DNA of 64,000 bases, from contig CM120641.1 of assembly GCA_051362555.1 (NCBI GenBank), positions 7,254,001 through 7,318,000 on the forward strand. Reading direction: 5' to 3'. The translations under genes and the position numbers were made by a program. The number at the start of each line of letters is the position of its first letter. The first letter of the stretch is position 1. The notes beneath the pieces are model-generated. The model ran no database searches, had not been told where the DNA came from, and worked only from the letters and a program-made list of their open reading frames with translations. This DNA comes from Lingula anatina. Lineage: Eukaryota > Animalia > Brachiopoda. Shown here piece after piece: positions 1-12,700 of the stretch.

Positions 1-2710
1 TCAATACATGCTTGGTTTTCTTTTTAAGTTTAAGATGGGAAAGAGATGACAATGATAAAATCAAAGAATGAAATCACTGCAAAATGAAGATAAAAAATAG
101 ACTACAGGTGAATGCAAAAATATGAAAAATCTTTGATTAAAAAGAAGTTTAAACCTCTTAAACAAATTTAATCAGTACTTTTTGATTACCAAGTGTTTTT
201 AAAAGAGCTGCTTTTCCTTCCATTTGTGTATTTAGTGTAAGAACATGTAGTTAATATCACCTGACAAGGGTGTGTGTAATAGTAAGAAAAAGGGGTTAAG
301 ACTGCTCACTTTTCAGACAGCATCTAATTAACTATTGCAGGAAATACCACTTCAATAATAAACACAATTTTAACATGCTTCACTGCCAAACATGAGCAAT
401 TTACAAATGATTTGTGAAAATTTACAAACAGCATTTAAATATTTCAAGATCTTAGATCAGGAACAATTCATATGAAAAAATGACATCAAAAGTAATCTTA
501 ATAAATTTTGGAAAGTATATAGTCCATGTTTTAACACACCTCTACCAAGATATTAAGAAAAATCTAACCATGTGCATTTCAAACCATTTAAATCTGGTGA
601 ACCAAACACATGTAAATTCACTTCACTATTCAAGGCAAGAAAAAAAGGAACTGTCTGCACTTATTTCCTGTCCTGTGGTTTCTTTTTTTACTTTAAATAT
701 AGCATCAAGGTATCTAAAAATATATGTATCGCCGATCCTTGGCTTAAATTTCTCTTCTCATCTGTAAAGGACATAAAAGTACAGCAGTTCTTTGTAATAA
801 GATTTCAAGACACCTCCTCTGATAGTCTGCTTTCCCTATGTGGTCTTCTACTTAATATCTTGTGTTTGGGCATACACACTATTTCCACATACAAAGAATT
901 TCAAGGGAGCAGTGTAATGTCTTCTCCTGGCAAAATGATAATTGACATATTCTTCCATTCAAATATGCTGCCTGTGAGTTATTACTTTCACACCAGGTAA
1001 CCTTCAGTGTTTAAAATTTTGCTAGTCAAGGGCAATGACACCATAAGAGGTTAGAATATTTTTAAAAAGGTGCTTTAAAGCAAAAAACAACTGATACTGT
1101 AGACCACAAGCAATAACAATAAACATATTAGATGTTAACGTAATAATTGAAAGGTCATATTCAAGTGTTTTCAAATTCATGAAAATTTCATAATAAAAAT
1201 ATTTTAAAAAAAAAACACTTAAAAGACCAATTGGCATGTATTTTGAAAAACTACAAGTCTTTTAGGAAATTTGACAGTTGAAATGTATACACCAATGCTT
1301 TATTTTGTCAAATATAAGGTTCTATTCTTTTTTCCTGATCAATTAATTTTGAGTTGAATGAATCAATCACTGACAGAAGGCTGAAACTGGCAACATAGAT
1401 AACTTTTTGGTTTAAAGACATCTGTGTGGGAGAATTGAAATCATTCCAAGCTTTTAATGATGTGCTGGACTTTTTTTGTCAAGAATTCAAGTCTGAGTAA
1501 ATGCATTTATCAGCAATTTATCATGATTTATTTGAACACTTTATTTATTTTTTTTTTTCATAACGTGCAGCTTTCTTTATCAAAATGAATGAATTTTGTA
1601 AAATAGTCCTACTTTCATTAGAAATATGTGATTTCAAAATGAATAATGTGAATAATAATTTCAGATGGAAACATATTTCCTGATTTCTTAATATGATAAT
1701 GTTTTGCAGTATTATTCCCAAATCTACCAGCACTACATTTCCTTATAAGGCACTTTAACATTCTTTCCACACTGAAAAATTATTAACCACGCATTACCAC
1801 ATACAGCATCTTTATTCAAAGGCATTTCAAAATTGAGTGGAATTGAAACACTATTGACACTCAAGCACGTTTAAAAAACACGTGGCTGTGTTCATTTAAA
1901 GAAAAAGACACATATATCATCACATCACAGTTTGTGGTTGTTCATTGCAGCTTTATGCCTGTGATTAGGTGATGAGTACTTTTATGATGTAGCAAAAAGC
2001 TGTTGAATGAAATATAGACAGGGACAGTGTTAGTCAGTTATTTAGTCATTCAGCATGTATGCTTTATGATTTTTAAAACATTTGAAGTATGCAATGAAAT
2101 AAGCCATAAAGAAAACAGGGGACAATAAACTAAGAGAATGTACAAATCAAGGATGACTCCAACCACAATGCTGTTTGAATCACACAGTCTGCTGGCCCCC
2201 ATTTGAAGCTCAGTAGTATTATTAAAATTTGAAATCACTGAGAAGTTTAAATCAGCCTAATAAAATTTCATCAAAAAATATGGATTTAGTATTAGCTTTA
2301 GTATTATAACATAATCTTTTTTTCAAACAAGCCTAATGAGGACAATAGAAGGAGAAATTTGATATTTACCATGCTTTTACCCTAAAAATTTAATAAAGTT
2401 TTACAAGCATCACTACATGTTGGGCTACTGTAATTAAACTGCAATCCTCCCCAATAATTACAACACATTATTTGGGAAGCTCAACAGCTACCAAAGTAAA
2501 CAGAAAACCATGCTACACCATCCAATGCAACAAGGTTCCAGCCTGGTCACACCACACTCAGCTTCTCCACACCAAATATTTTTGTTTTCACGAACTTGAC
2601 CTGTCATCTTGATTCCCGTCTCATCTTGTTTCTATCTAAGATCAAAAATGACAATCTCTGAACTGATAAGTAGCTGACACCATGATGAATTTTGTTTAAT
2701 AGTGTGGCTA

Positions 2711-2870
2711 CAGGGGCGGATCCAGAGATATTTTCTGAAAGTCTTCCAAATTATCTATGTTGATCCATCCTCCATTGTTGACCATCTTCCGACAGAAAAT
2801 ATTAGATGCCCGACAATGAAAATCTGACCGTCTTTCGGAAGACCCAGAAGACGGCCTAAATCCGCCCCTG
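2711..2870. mobile_element. 160-bp MITE
   Basis: Termini CAGGGGCGGAT and ATCCGCCCCTG; GGCTA directly repeated on both flanks. Confidence 0.8.
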
Positions 2871-4922
2871 GGCTAGTTGAAGTCTTCTATTAATTTTAAG
2901 AAATCCAATGAACAATAATATTTTGATCAAATATGCCAAGCAAAAAGGGTCCACTTTGACATTTCTGTTGGCCATTGTAAGAATTAGTGCTCATGCTGAT
3001 ATATGTAGTCCTATGATATCATCCATGATACAAAGTCCTTTCATGAAGAGTTTTAACTTAAATATTTATAACTTTTTTGTTTCACTTACATAAAAAAATC
3101 CCAATGCAACTAAAAACTGAAACTGGAAACACTGACATATAATATGTATATTAACACCTCAGCAAAGGTGCCAATTTTTGATTTACTTTGGGATGAGCCT
3201 AAAACAACTCGAAAAACCTGAATAAAATCCTGGCCAAGTAAATTGGGTAGAGTGATGTAGCCAAGTGTGGTGTGGCAAGGTTGATACTTGCAACTGGGTT
3301 ATGTGGCATGGTTTTCTGGTGAGATTGTGATTTCTGGGCAGTTGATGAGTTCCATGGTAAGGTGTCGTAACTGAGGAGGCCTGGACTGGAATTTGACTCA
3401 AATGCGTCTTTTCAGGCAAAATAAATCAAGATCAACAAGGAAACTCTAATGCAAACTTCAGACTTAAAAAAACTCTCTCCGTCCCCTCAAAGCAGTAAGA
3501 AAACAGTTTTCATGATACATAACATCTTACTTCATGATATTATGCTAGTATGACAATTATTTGTAGTCTATTACTAGTATTTTTTCTGGATATCAGACAA
3601 TTCAAAAATTGAAAAGATAAATTCCTTCCTGATTATGGGCTGTTATCTGGTTCAGTGGTACAAGTACGAAATAGCCTGGAACTTACTTAAAAACTTCTTC
3701 CTGATTATGGGCATTGCACCGAAATAACTGGTTCCAGCATATCAGCTTCTAGTTATTTGAACAAACACATATTATGCTCAATTGAGCATTTTAAATCTCA
3801 AACGTAAATTTTTTGTCAAGACTCATGCCAGCATATTAAGCTAAATGCAATTTGGCCACTGAATACATTGTAACTAAAGCTAATTTAAGAGTACAATTTG
3901 ATTTTGTGGAATATCAAATTTAATATTGGTTTGCTTAAACAGATGAAAAAAAATATATATATATTTGTATTACAGCTATAGTACCATGAGTGTAAAATCT
4001 CTACTACACTTGTCATGATATATTTCACTTCAAACTTTGGCTTAAAATTTCTGCAATCAATAAATCAATAAATAATAAGCCTGATGGAAACTACTATGTT
4101 TTTAAACTTACCTGGAAAACAAAGCTCTGATGATTTTCTGTCTTTTTTATTTTTTTTTCTTTTAAATGTGTTAACAGTGCATTCAGCTTGTCAATCCTTT
4201 GATTAATAATGGATTGGTATGGCATTCAAACATCCCTTAACACCTTTACCCACCCACCTTGTTGGTATTTTTACTTGCCGAAACAGTTAATGGTCACATT
4301 ATTTGACTAAAACAGAAGTCTAGCTACTATTTATTATGCATCCATTAGTCATTTCCCCACTGTTGCAACCAAAAGATAGAAAGGCTTAGAAAGCAACTGT
4401 GCTGCTCTATTACCACTTTCCACACCACATCAATGGCAATATTACATATGTGGGTTGAAATAACATGTTTTCTGACAAATATGTATCTATTGATTGATTT
4501 AAAAAAATGAAGAAAACATTATTAGATTGGTCTTTCATGTTTGTCATTTCAGTTGGAACATTGTAAAATTAACTGTTTTATTTAATATCCTTTGCCACTC
4601 CCAAATCCTCCCACACTAAGTTTTAATCTATTCTACGCAATAAGTTACATAAAAAATGAACAGGAACTTAATTACACAACAAACAGGAAGAAAATGTACA
4701 TTGCTGTGAGCATGTGTGCAGTGTCAATTTTGATTAAATTATTAAAAAAACATACATGATTTATAACCTATCCAGTTCCACTCCTAGATACCACTGTCTC
4801 CACTGGATTAAATCAACAGGTTAATACACAGGTCACAATGAAAAACTCCTACGACAACAAACATTGCACTTTTAATTTGCAATTCTGTTTCAGTACATAG
4901 TTGTAAATAACATTTTAGTCAC

Positions 4923-6723
4923 CTGTCTTTTGCCACTCCTAGATCTACCGTTGGGAAGCCATGTTCCTTCAGAGCTGCCAGCAAAGTTGTCCTGTTGCTG
5001 TCCCTGATGTGCCCTGGTCTCAGTTTTGCCTCTGGCTCGACAAGCTATTATAAAAGAGCAATGAGTCTAAAAGTTAAAGCGCTCCTTTCCCTGTGGTTGC
5101 ATCTTGTTGTAAACAGTATGCAAAATCTTTGGCATTCTTCCATGTATCCAAAACTTGTTCAAACTAATGTAATGGTGAAAATTATATTTAAGTGGCTCTA
5201 AAATTTTTGGTTGCTTACATAGAAAGAGTAAAGTGCAATGTAATGTGTGTCACTCTTTTCTTGTTTTTGCCCCTCCGTTCCACAAATTTTTGGTGAAAAC
5301 TGATGCAAGCTGACATATTTTGAAGAATATAAAACATGCCTCTGTGGATTGTATCTTTTCTCCCTTTTTTGTAAGGAGGGCACAGTTTTGTCTGAAAAAA
5401 GGGTAGGGCAGGGAGCAAAATCTGCCATATATATAAAAGGGGTGGGGCAGGGAGCAAAATCTGCCACATGTATAATATGTATAATAAGAACAGTTGGCAA
5501 TCTCAAAACTCTACATAAGGAAACTTAACCAGTTGAACAGACTATATGTTATCATGTACAACATATTGGCAAGTATAATCTGTGAACTAAAGGGCACTTG
5601 TTCTCCTCTCACCAGAAGATGGATATATTCTACAAGTCACTGCATATATGTGAGTAAACACCTGTATGTCATGTAATACCTACTCCTATGTAATCAACTA
5701 ACAACTAAACATACATTCCACCAGGTTCTGCGTAATTCAACCATACATGTAACCTCAACAAAGAACCTGAGGAAACTGATAGCCTCCCCCCACCTCATTA
5801 CCTGAGTCAGGGAAAATGTTGCTATATGATTCATTTGTCTATGATTTATTTACCGTCGATTGCACAACTCAACACCAGTTGTTCACCTGCACTAATCAAG
5901 ATGATTTCTTGCATTTTGCAGATGACGAAACACCAGGATACTCATTTGCGACCTCCTCTTACGCTGAACATATCAAGCTACAAGACCATTGAATTTTTTT
6001 TCTGAATTAGCACCTTGGTAAAATACATGTATCTTAAAATGATAAAAGGTGACAAGTTCAAATTCAAGGTCAGTGTTGTTCTATATATATATGTATGCTA
6101 TAGTAGTATAAACAGGTATACCACACCTGCCACTGACACAAACAAGACACATCATATCCAGACACCTGTAAGCTGAGTCAATCAGACCAGCACTCATCCA
6201 CAAATAATAATCATAGCCTATCTATAGCACATACAATACATCTGTAGAAAATGTACCTGAATCAGTAACAGTGATTGCAAATGTTGTGTTAGTTGTGATA
6301 GGTGAGACAAAAGAGTTTCTTTAATATATAAGAGCATAGTAATAAAAATAAAACTGCAATTAATAAATCTATTAATATCTAATATTAATCATAACAGATA
6401 GAATAAAATCATGAACACATCAATTAAAAACAGAAAATGGAAAACTACCTCATTGCCTGTGGAGAGAACCCCAACTACAGGAAACTTATGGCACATCAAC
6501 TTCACTACTCCAACTGTTGCTGCTAGTCCCAGTTCTGAAGGACCAAGTCGGATACCTTTGGCAAGAATCTTTTCACCACCTTTTATGTCAAAGCCCACAG
6601 GTCTGAAAAAATAAATAAATAAAAATAACCAAAAAAAAAAATAATAATAATTAATTGGCCATTCAAGTAAAATGTAAAACACAGATTTTTTGATAAATAT
6701 TGTAGTAAAATTACTTTACTTGC

Positions 6724-6773
<50 letters not shown>

Positions 6774-9700
6774 ATTATAATATCATATGTACATCTGGAA
6801 TCAGTGGTGCTTCAAAGGCCTATTCATTTATTTTTCATTACTAAAACGTATTATTCTATTCTACAATATCCACCTGATATCTTGTCCTATGACAGGTGCC
6901 TGAAGGATACTGATTTCTAGTTCAGTTCTGCCCTCGTCTGCGTCTTTAAGAAGTTTGGTGTCTTCTACCTGCACCACGGCATCGGCACCCTTGGGGATAG
7001 GGGCACCTGTGCTGATACGGATACAGTAGCCTGGGATAACTTCTCCTTTTGGCTGTAATTTGATAATAAGATCAACTTGATTAATGAAAACACTTTCAGG
7101 AAACTGATGTAAGGACCTGAGTAATTAGTTTTTTTCAACCCGTCAATTTTTTTTTCATTTCCATTTCTTTCACACTGCACTATATACAGCTGCGTACGGT
7201 CTGGCTGAGCATTCACTGTCAAATGACAGAAATTGCAATGAAAAATAAAGCAATGTTTTGGGGTACAGTGGGGGGGTGGGGGGATAATTTTTTATCAAGT
7301 AATATAATTAGACTCCAATAGGAGATGGAGCTGTGACAACCTATCAGCCCCTGGTGTGTGGAAAGGTTGGGTAGTGCAGTCTGGTTAACTATCAGTTTAT
7401 TTCTCAAGCTACTGGCAAAAGAATTTCTACATTTCTACTGGCACTACATAGCTGGTGAAAATTTACGACAAGTTTCATACAGCATTATTAAAAAAATAAC
7501 CTTTTCCCCTTATCTTAGTATCCTCAATAAATAGCAGTAGTTATGTACTGTGAATAATGAAAACTTCATTCATAACCTCCAGACAAACACTCACACAATA
7601 ACTATAATGATGATTCAATCAAATAACTATCATCCAGACTAAATGAACAGGAAGGTAAGTAATATATACACCTTTTTTTAGATGCCTGGCAGGTCCATGA
7701 TGTATGACATGTCCTTCTGTTGTCAGGATAGTTGAAATTAAAGACATAAAGCAGTCAACCAACCCTCCCCCCCTCAAAAAAAAAAAAAAAAAAGGTTTAT
7801 AAAAGCTAAATAATGAGACAGACATGCAAGCCCAAAGAATTTGTTATAAACAAACCTTTTCACAGATGTTTTTCCTAAATACTGTATGAGTCTTTTGCAA
7901 ACACTACCCATGTGCGCATACGTATTATCAGTATTCAATAATACCAGTGGTCCACTGTAATGCAATACTCTATACACATGTTAAAAGTTATGGACCAGGA
8001 TACAGAATTTATGGAATAATTTTTACATCATATTTCTCTACAGAATAATGAAATTATGTGTTAATACAATGTAGTTTGTAATCCAATTATAACATTAAAT
8101 TTTTTCTCATCCTCATTTCTGTATGGTTTATAAATCAAATCAGTTTGTGATGAAACTGCCATTTACTTATTCATTAATTATTTATTTATTTATTTTTTTT
8201 TTTTGTGTGTGTGTGGCTAACTAAATATTTCTGTTCTTCCACTTTTACAAGCTTTGTCTATAAGAGTGCTTCAACAATTATGACATTTATACAACTTTTT
8301 TGTATCTAAAGTCATCACACTTTACAGAATAAAACACATTTCTTCTGCATGCTCAGCAATACTAGACATACTTGGACTGTATAAGTCCTCTCCATGCTGC
8401 CAAGGACAACACTCCTTTCATCATGGATCACACCATAGGTATGACAGAAATGTTTATAAATTCTTCCAGTATTTCAACCTGCAGGATTCTGTAAATTCTT
8501 TATAAACAAACAAGTCCAAGTCGAACTCACCACAGAACCAGCTGTGGAATCCCCCAGGACGATTCTATCACCCGCTCCATCAGCAGCTGAAAACAGTGGA
8601 TAGTATTACTAGCTTGAGGTACACATAAACATGTCTATTATCATATTTGTGATAAAATCATATCTCTCACACACGCAATCAATTAGAAACCAACTGTAGT
8701 TTTCTTTTGATTTTCTTAAATAGGTACAGGGCATGTGCATATATTAATTCAATAGACAACGGTGCACAAAAAATGTGGAAAAGAAATATTTAAGAGATTG
8801 TGATTGCACAAATTAATATAATATTATCTTCAGATACAGAACAGTGAACAGAATGGCAAGAAAAATGTCAAGGAAAAAAATGCGAGTGGAAGAAAGTGGA
8901 ATTTGACGACTCTTACCCACTACAGCATAGCCATCTTTGATAGAGGCTGGGAATGGGGGCAGAGGATCCTTGGCATATACGTCTTCAGCAAGGATCCTTC
9001 CCAAAGCCTCTGAAAATAGGATTTTTAGATTTAAAACTTGAATGTGTACTTCACACGTTCAATTTCAGTCTCTCTCACACACACATTCACTACTAGTATG
9101 TTGTGCTTACAATTACTTAAACAAATAAATACAGTTAAAACCAATAGATAAATTCAAAATTAAATTAATGGTACAGGTTTACACGTTAGCACCGCATTCC
9201 TCATTTCTCAGTATAAAACATTTATATGATAAAGCATGACTTACCTTTATAAAACACTTTCTCTACCCCTAGTACTGGGGCCTCGCTAAGGACCATGTCC
9301 ACAGCTTCTTCTACTGTAATCAGAGGGAACGGGGACTCTCTCGCACGCAGGGCCACTTTAGTGTCATCAACTGAACCTGTTGGAAAAAAGAACCTTTATT
9401 TAATTTTTGAAGGCCAAACATATTACTATTCTAATAATAGCAAATTTAAGGCCAAATTTTCAGAAGAATTGTTGCTAAAACAAATATCTGCTGAAATATA
9501 ACTTTTAATGTTTATTTGAATTACATCTACAATTACAAGATTTAATCAAAACAAATTGAGGCAATGCTGGTGAACATATCAAACAACCAAAAGTATTAAA
9601 TTTTATAAAATTAAATCTAGTTAATCACATTTGTATATGCAAAATATGCAAAAGTTGGGCTGGCCCTAGATAATGCTTCTTTCAGCCAAATACCTCTTTG

Positions 9701-12700
9701 TAATTTTTGCCAAATCAAAATCTCAAACAGAATAGAGGATAAAATTGACAAAAAAAAAAAAAGAAAAAAAAAATCATAATTCCATCACCAAATTATAATA
9801 TGCATGCAGAAATGTACATGCATGTGTAGCACTTGGCTAAATTTTATTATCCTAAACTGCAAACCTCAAGGTTTGGTAGCAACAATAATCTTTCGTCAAG
9901 GTTTTACGTGTATAAGACCAACTTATGTTACATTAAAGAATAAAAAAATATTACAATTAAACACTTACTTTGGTGTCCTAAGTGATGATGCTCCCCCTGG
10001 TGGTGATGTTGGGTATGTGAAACAGGAGCAGCAGACTGTTGAACAAACATTTTAGTTGAAAGTTCAATTGAAATTTTGGTCAAATTAAGGCAATATGATG
10101 TTCACTTATTATAAAGTTAAAACAATGCTTAAGTAGATGTGGAATTGTTTGCAACAGTATGAATAAGTGATTTCCCTGTCATTCTTATATTATTCCTTTT
10201 TTAAATCTGTCTATTGCTCTTAAATTTTTTATATATTTTAATAAGATTGAGTTTTTAGTAGTGTTAATTTTTTATGGTTTTGGAGAGTGTTTTAGATATA
10301 AATATTGTAGTTATTTTAATGATTTAGTTATCCATTGCAGGGCGCCTTGAGGAAGCATGTAAGGCACCATATAAGAAACTTATCATTATTTATGAGTGCA
10401 TGAATTGAGAGGAGTCACCGAGGCTAGTTTGCTGTCAAAATTTGTTATCATACACAAAACAACAGAATCAAATAGATGTAGGTTGAAAATGTCATTTTAT
10501 TGACATTTGCACTTTTACAACATATAACATTCAATCATGTTGATCTTCAACATGTAATTAGGAGTGAAGCAGTATACAATGGTAAAGAAAACAAATCATC
10601 ATTTGCCAAAACTCAGTTCCACGCCTGCTAATCCCCTTATGTCAAAAATATCAGGCATGCAAAATGTCTAAGTAAATATACCCCTTTAGTACAGTTACAA
10701 AGCCTTAGCAAGTGATTTACACAAAGACAGGAATGTCATCAAAGAGTTCACTTTGGTCATTTATTTTTTGCAATTTTTAAACCAATTGATGTTACCTGAA
10801 ATCCAAAAGAACGATACATAATCGATTAAAAACAAACATTCCAAATCTTACAATATTAGTGTTACTACTAAAACTGGGAATGTGCATGCAAAGATTTTAC
10901 TACAAAATGAACTTCTTATTTTGAGGATCTAATCAGTGTACAATGTTAACAAATGACAAAAGTCAGTCAGTAAAAATCATGATGTACACCATCACCCCAT
11001 CTCAGACCTATGAAGAATGTACACAGGCAGTCTAGGTAAAGTTAACAAGGAATCTTAGCCAACTAACTCCCATGTCATAAGCTTTTTAGTTCTTATATAA
11101 CCCCATGTTTTGGTCTTAGAACTGAACTCAAAGGCTAAATACGTAATTGTCTGTATACTATTTTTGCTCACTGTGATAACATCAGTGGTGGTATGTAAAC
11201 CAAACCACGTAAGGCTGCCATTGCAAAATAAAAATTTTCATCACTGACCAACTACCTTCAACAAATTTAGCCAAATCTGGTTTGCTAAGATTTTTCTCAA
11301 CTATCTACTTTACTTTATTAGTACAAACAAGCACCACACATTAAATTTGAATTTATGGAATATTAATGTTTCATTGAAACACATGAACAGAGTTCACAAT
11401 AGATAAAAATTATAGACAAATAATACAGCTACAATGTACATTAGATATCAACAAAGCATCTTGTCAACACCATACAGTATTTTTTGCCTTTGCACATTCA
11501 ATAGACTTCAAATAGAGTGATGTATATGGTCACAAGTGTGTCTTTGAAAAGTTATCTAATCTAGACTTAAATAATGTTCTCTTAATTGCAAACAAAAATC
11601 ACTTTTCACAAGTACATGTAAATATGTGGATGTTCATAAATCAAGGTTGTTACTGAGTCTGATATGCTGCTGACAACAAGGCTCCTACATTGCTCAGCGC
11701 TGGTGACTGAGACCCATAGAGACCCATGGTGCCTGGTTGAGGATCCTGTTGTGTCTGTACAATCACCTCAGACTGGGCCACAGGCTCCAAGGTATTCCTT
11801 ATCACCCGGATTGTCTGTCCGTTATGAATGAACTCCTGTATGACACTCCCCTCCGTGGTCCCATACACCACACTAGGTTCAGAGGTGTGGATGTCACTCT
11901 GGCCACCTATAACCACCTCCCTGGCTACCTGCGTATTGCTGGCTGAACACATCACAGCATTTCCATACTGACCTACCACAGCCACTGGTACTAAGTTACT
12001 GGTGTCTTGATATTGAACTGTTTCTGTGCAACCAGGTTGGTTGTTTTCCAGCTGTAAGAGAGTCTGGGTTGCTGTAGGAACTCCACCACTTTCATGGCCT
12101 GAAATGCCACTGCTTGTTGCCTGTGTGTTACAACTGTAGTTATGGATGGAAGAATTTACATCCTCAGTCTTACGGATTTTTGAAGCATAGTCATAATCTT
12201 TTGCCCTCCTTCGTCTTCTCAAACTGGTAACAAAGCATTCCACCTTGTGTTTGCTTGGAATATCAGCATGGCCTTTCTTTTGTACCAGTATCTTATGGAC
12301 TTGTGATGGGGAGGAGACTTGATCTGAGAACGTCATAAGAACATCTCGGATGTCTTCATCATAATGTCCTCCTGATGTAGGTGGGGGAATCCACTCCACT
12401 TTGTCATCGACATGTCTCCCTGAAATGCGTATCACCCACATGGACAAGTTGCTCAGGTAGATCTTTAAGTTAAGCAGGAGCGAGCAGTTGTGGCGGTCTT
12501 GTTTGTGTCTTGGGCCACTGCAACCTAGAGAAAAAAAATCACAAAAAATAAGAGAAATTAAGAAAAATATCCCATTTAATTGCTTTTTGTGTATAAGATA
12601 AATTTAGTTAGATACAAAAATGATAGAAATGTCTTAAATCTACTTACATCATCTACAAATTATTTAACAGTCTATTTTCAAAACAAATCAGGCTAAAATC

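Noticed and set aside
480-1000. Overlapping 95- and 142-aa ORFs on the plus strand
   Set aside because: No recognisable motif and AT-rich composition; no gephyrin continuation found on the minus strand either. Treated as intron.
3183-3419. 78-aa His/Thr-rich ORF
   Set aside because: No family resemblance or convincing splice context.
5855-5965. Possible stop-containing poison exon in a gephyrin intron
   Set aside because: Weak acceptor; likely a chance occurrence.
6127-6165. Possible 39-nt in-frame gephyrin cassette exon (cttacag|GTG...CAG|gtgtgg)
   Set aside because: Weak splice signals, and it would interrupt the conserved STGNEL motif; unsupported without RNA data.
10335-10392. gcgccttgag...aggcaccatataag...attatt, resembling an L2 LINE/SINE 3' tail
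   Set aside because: Too short and degenerate to call.
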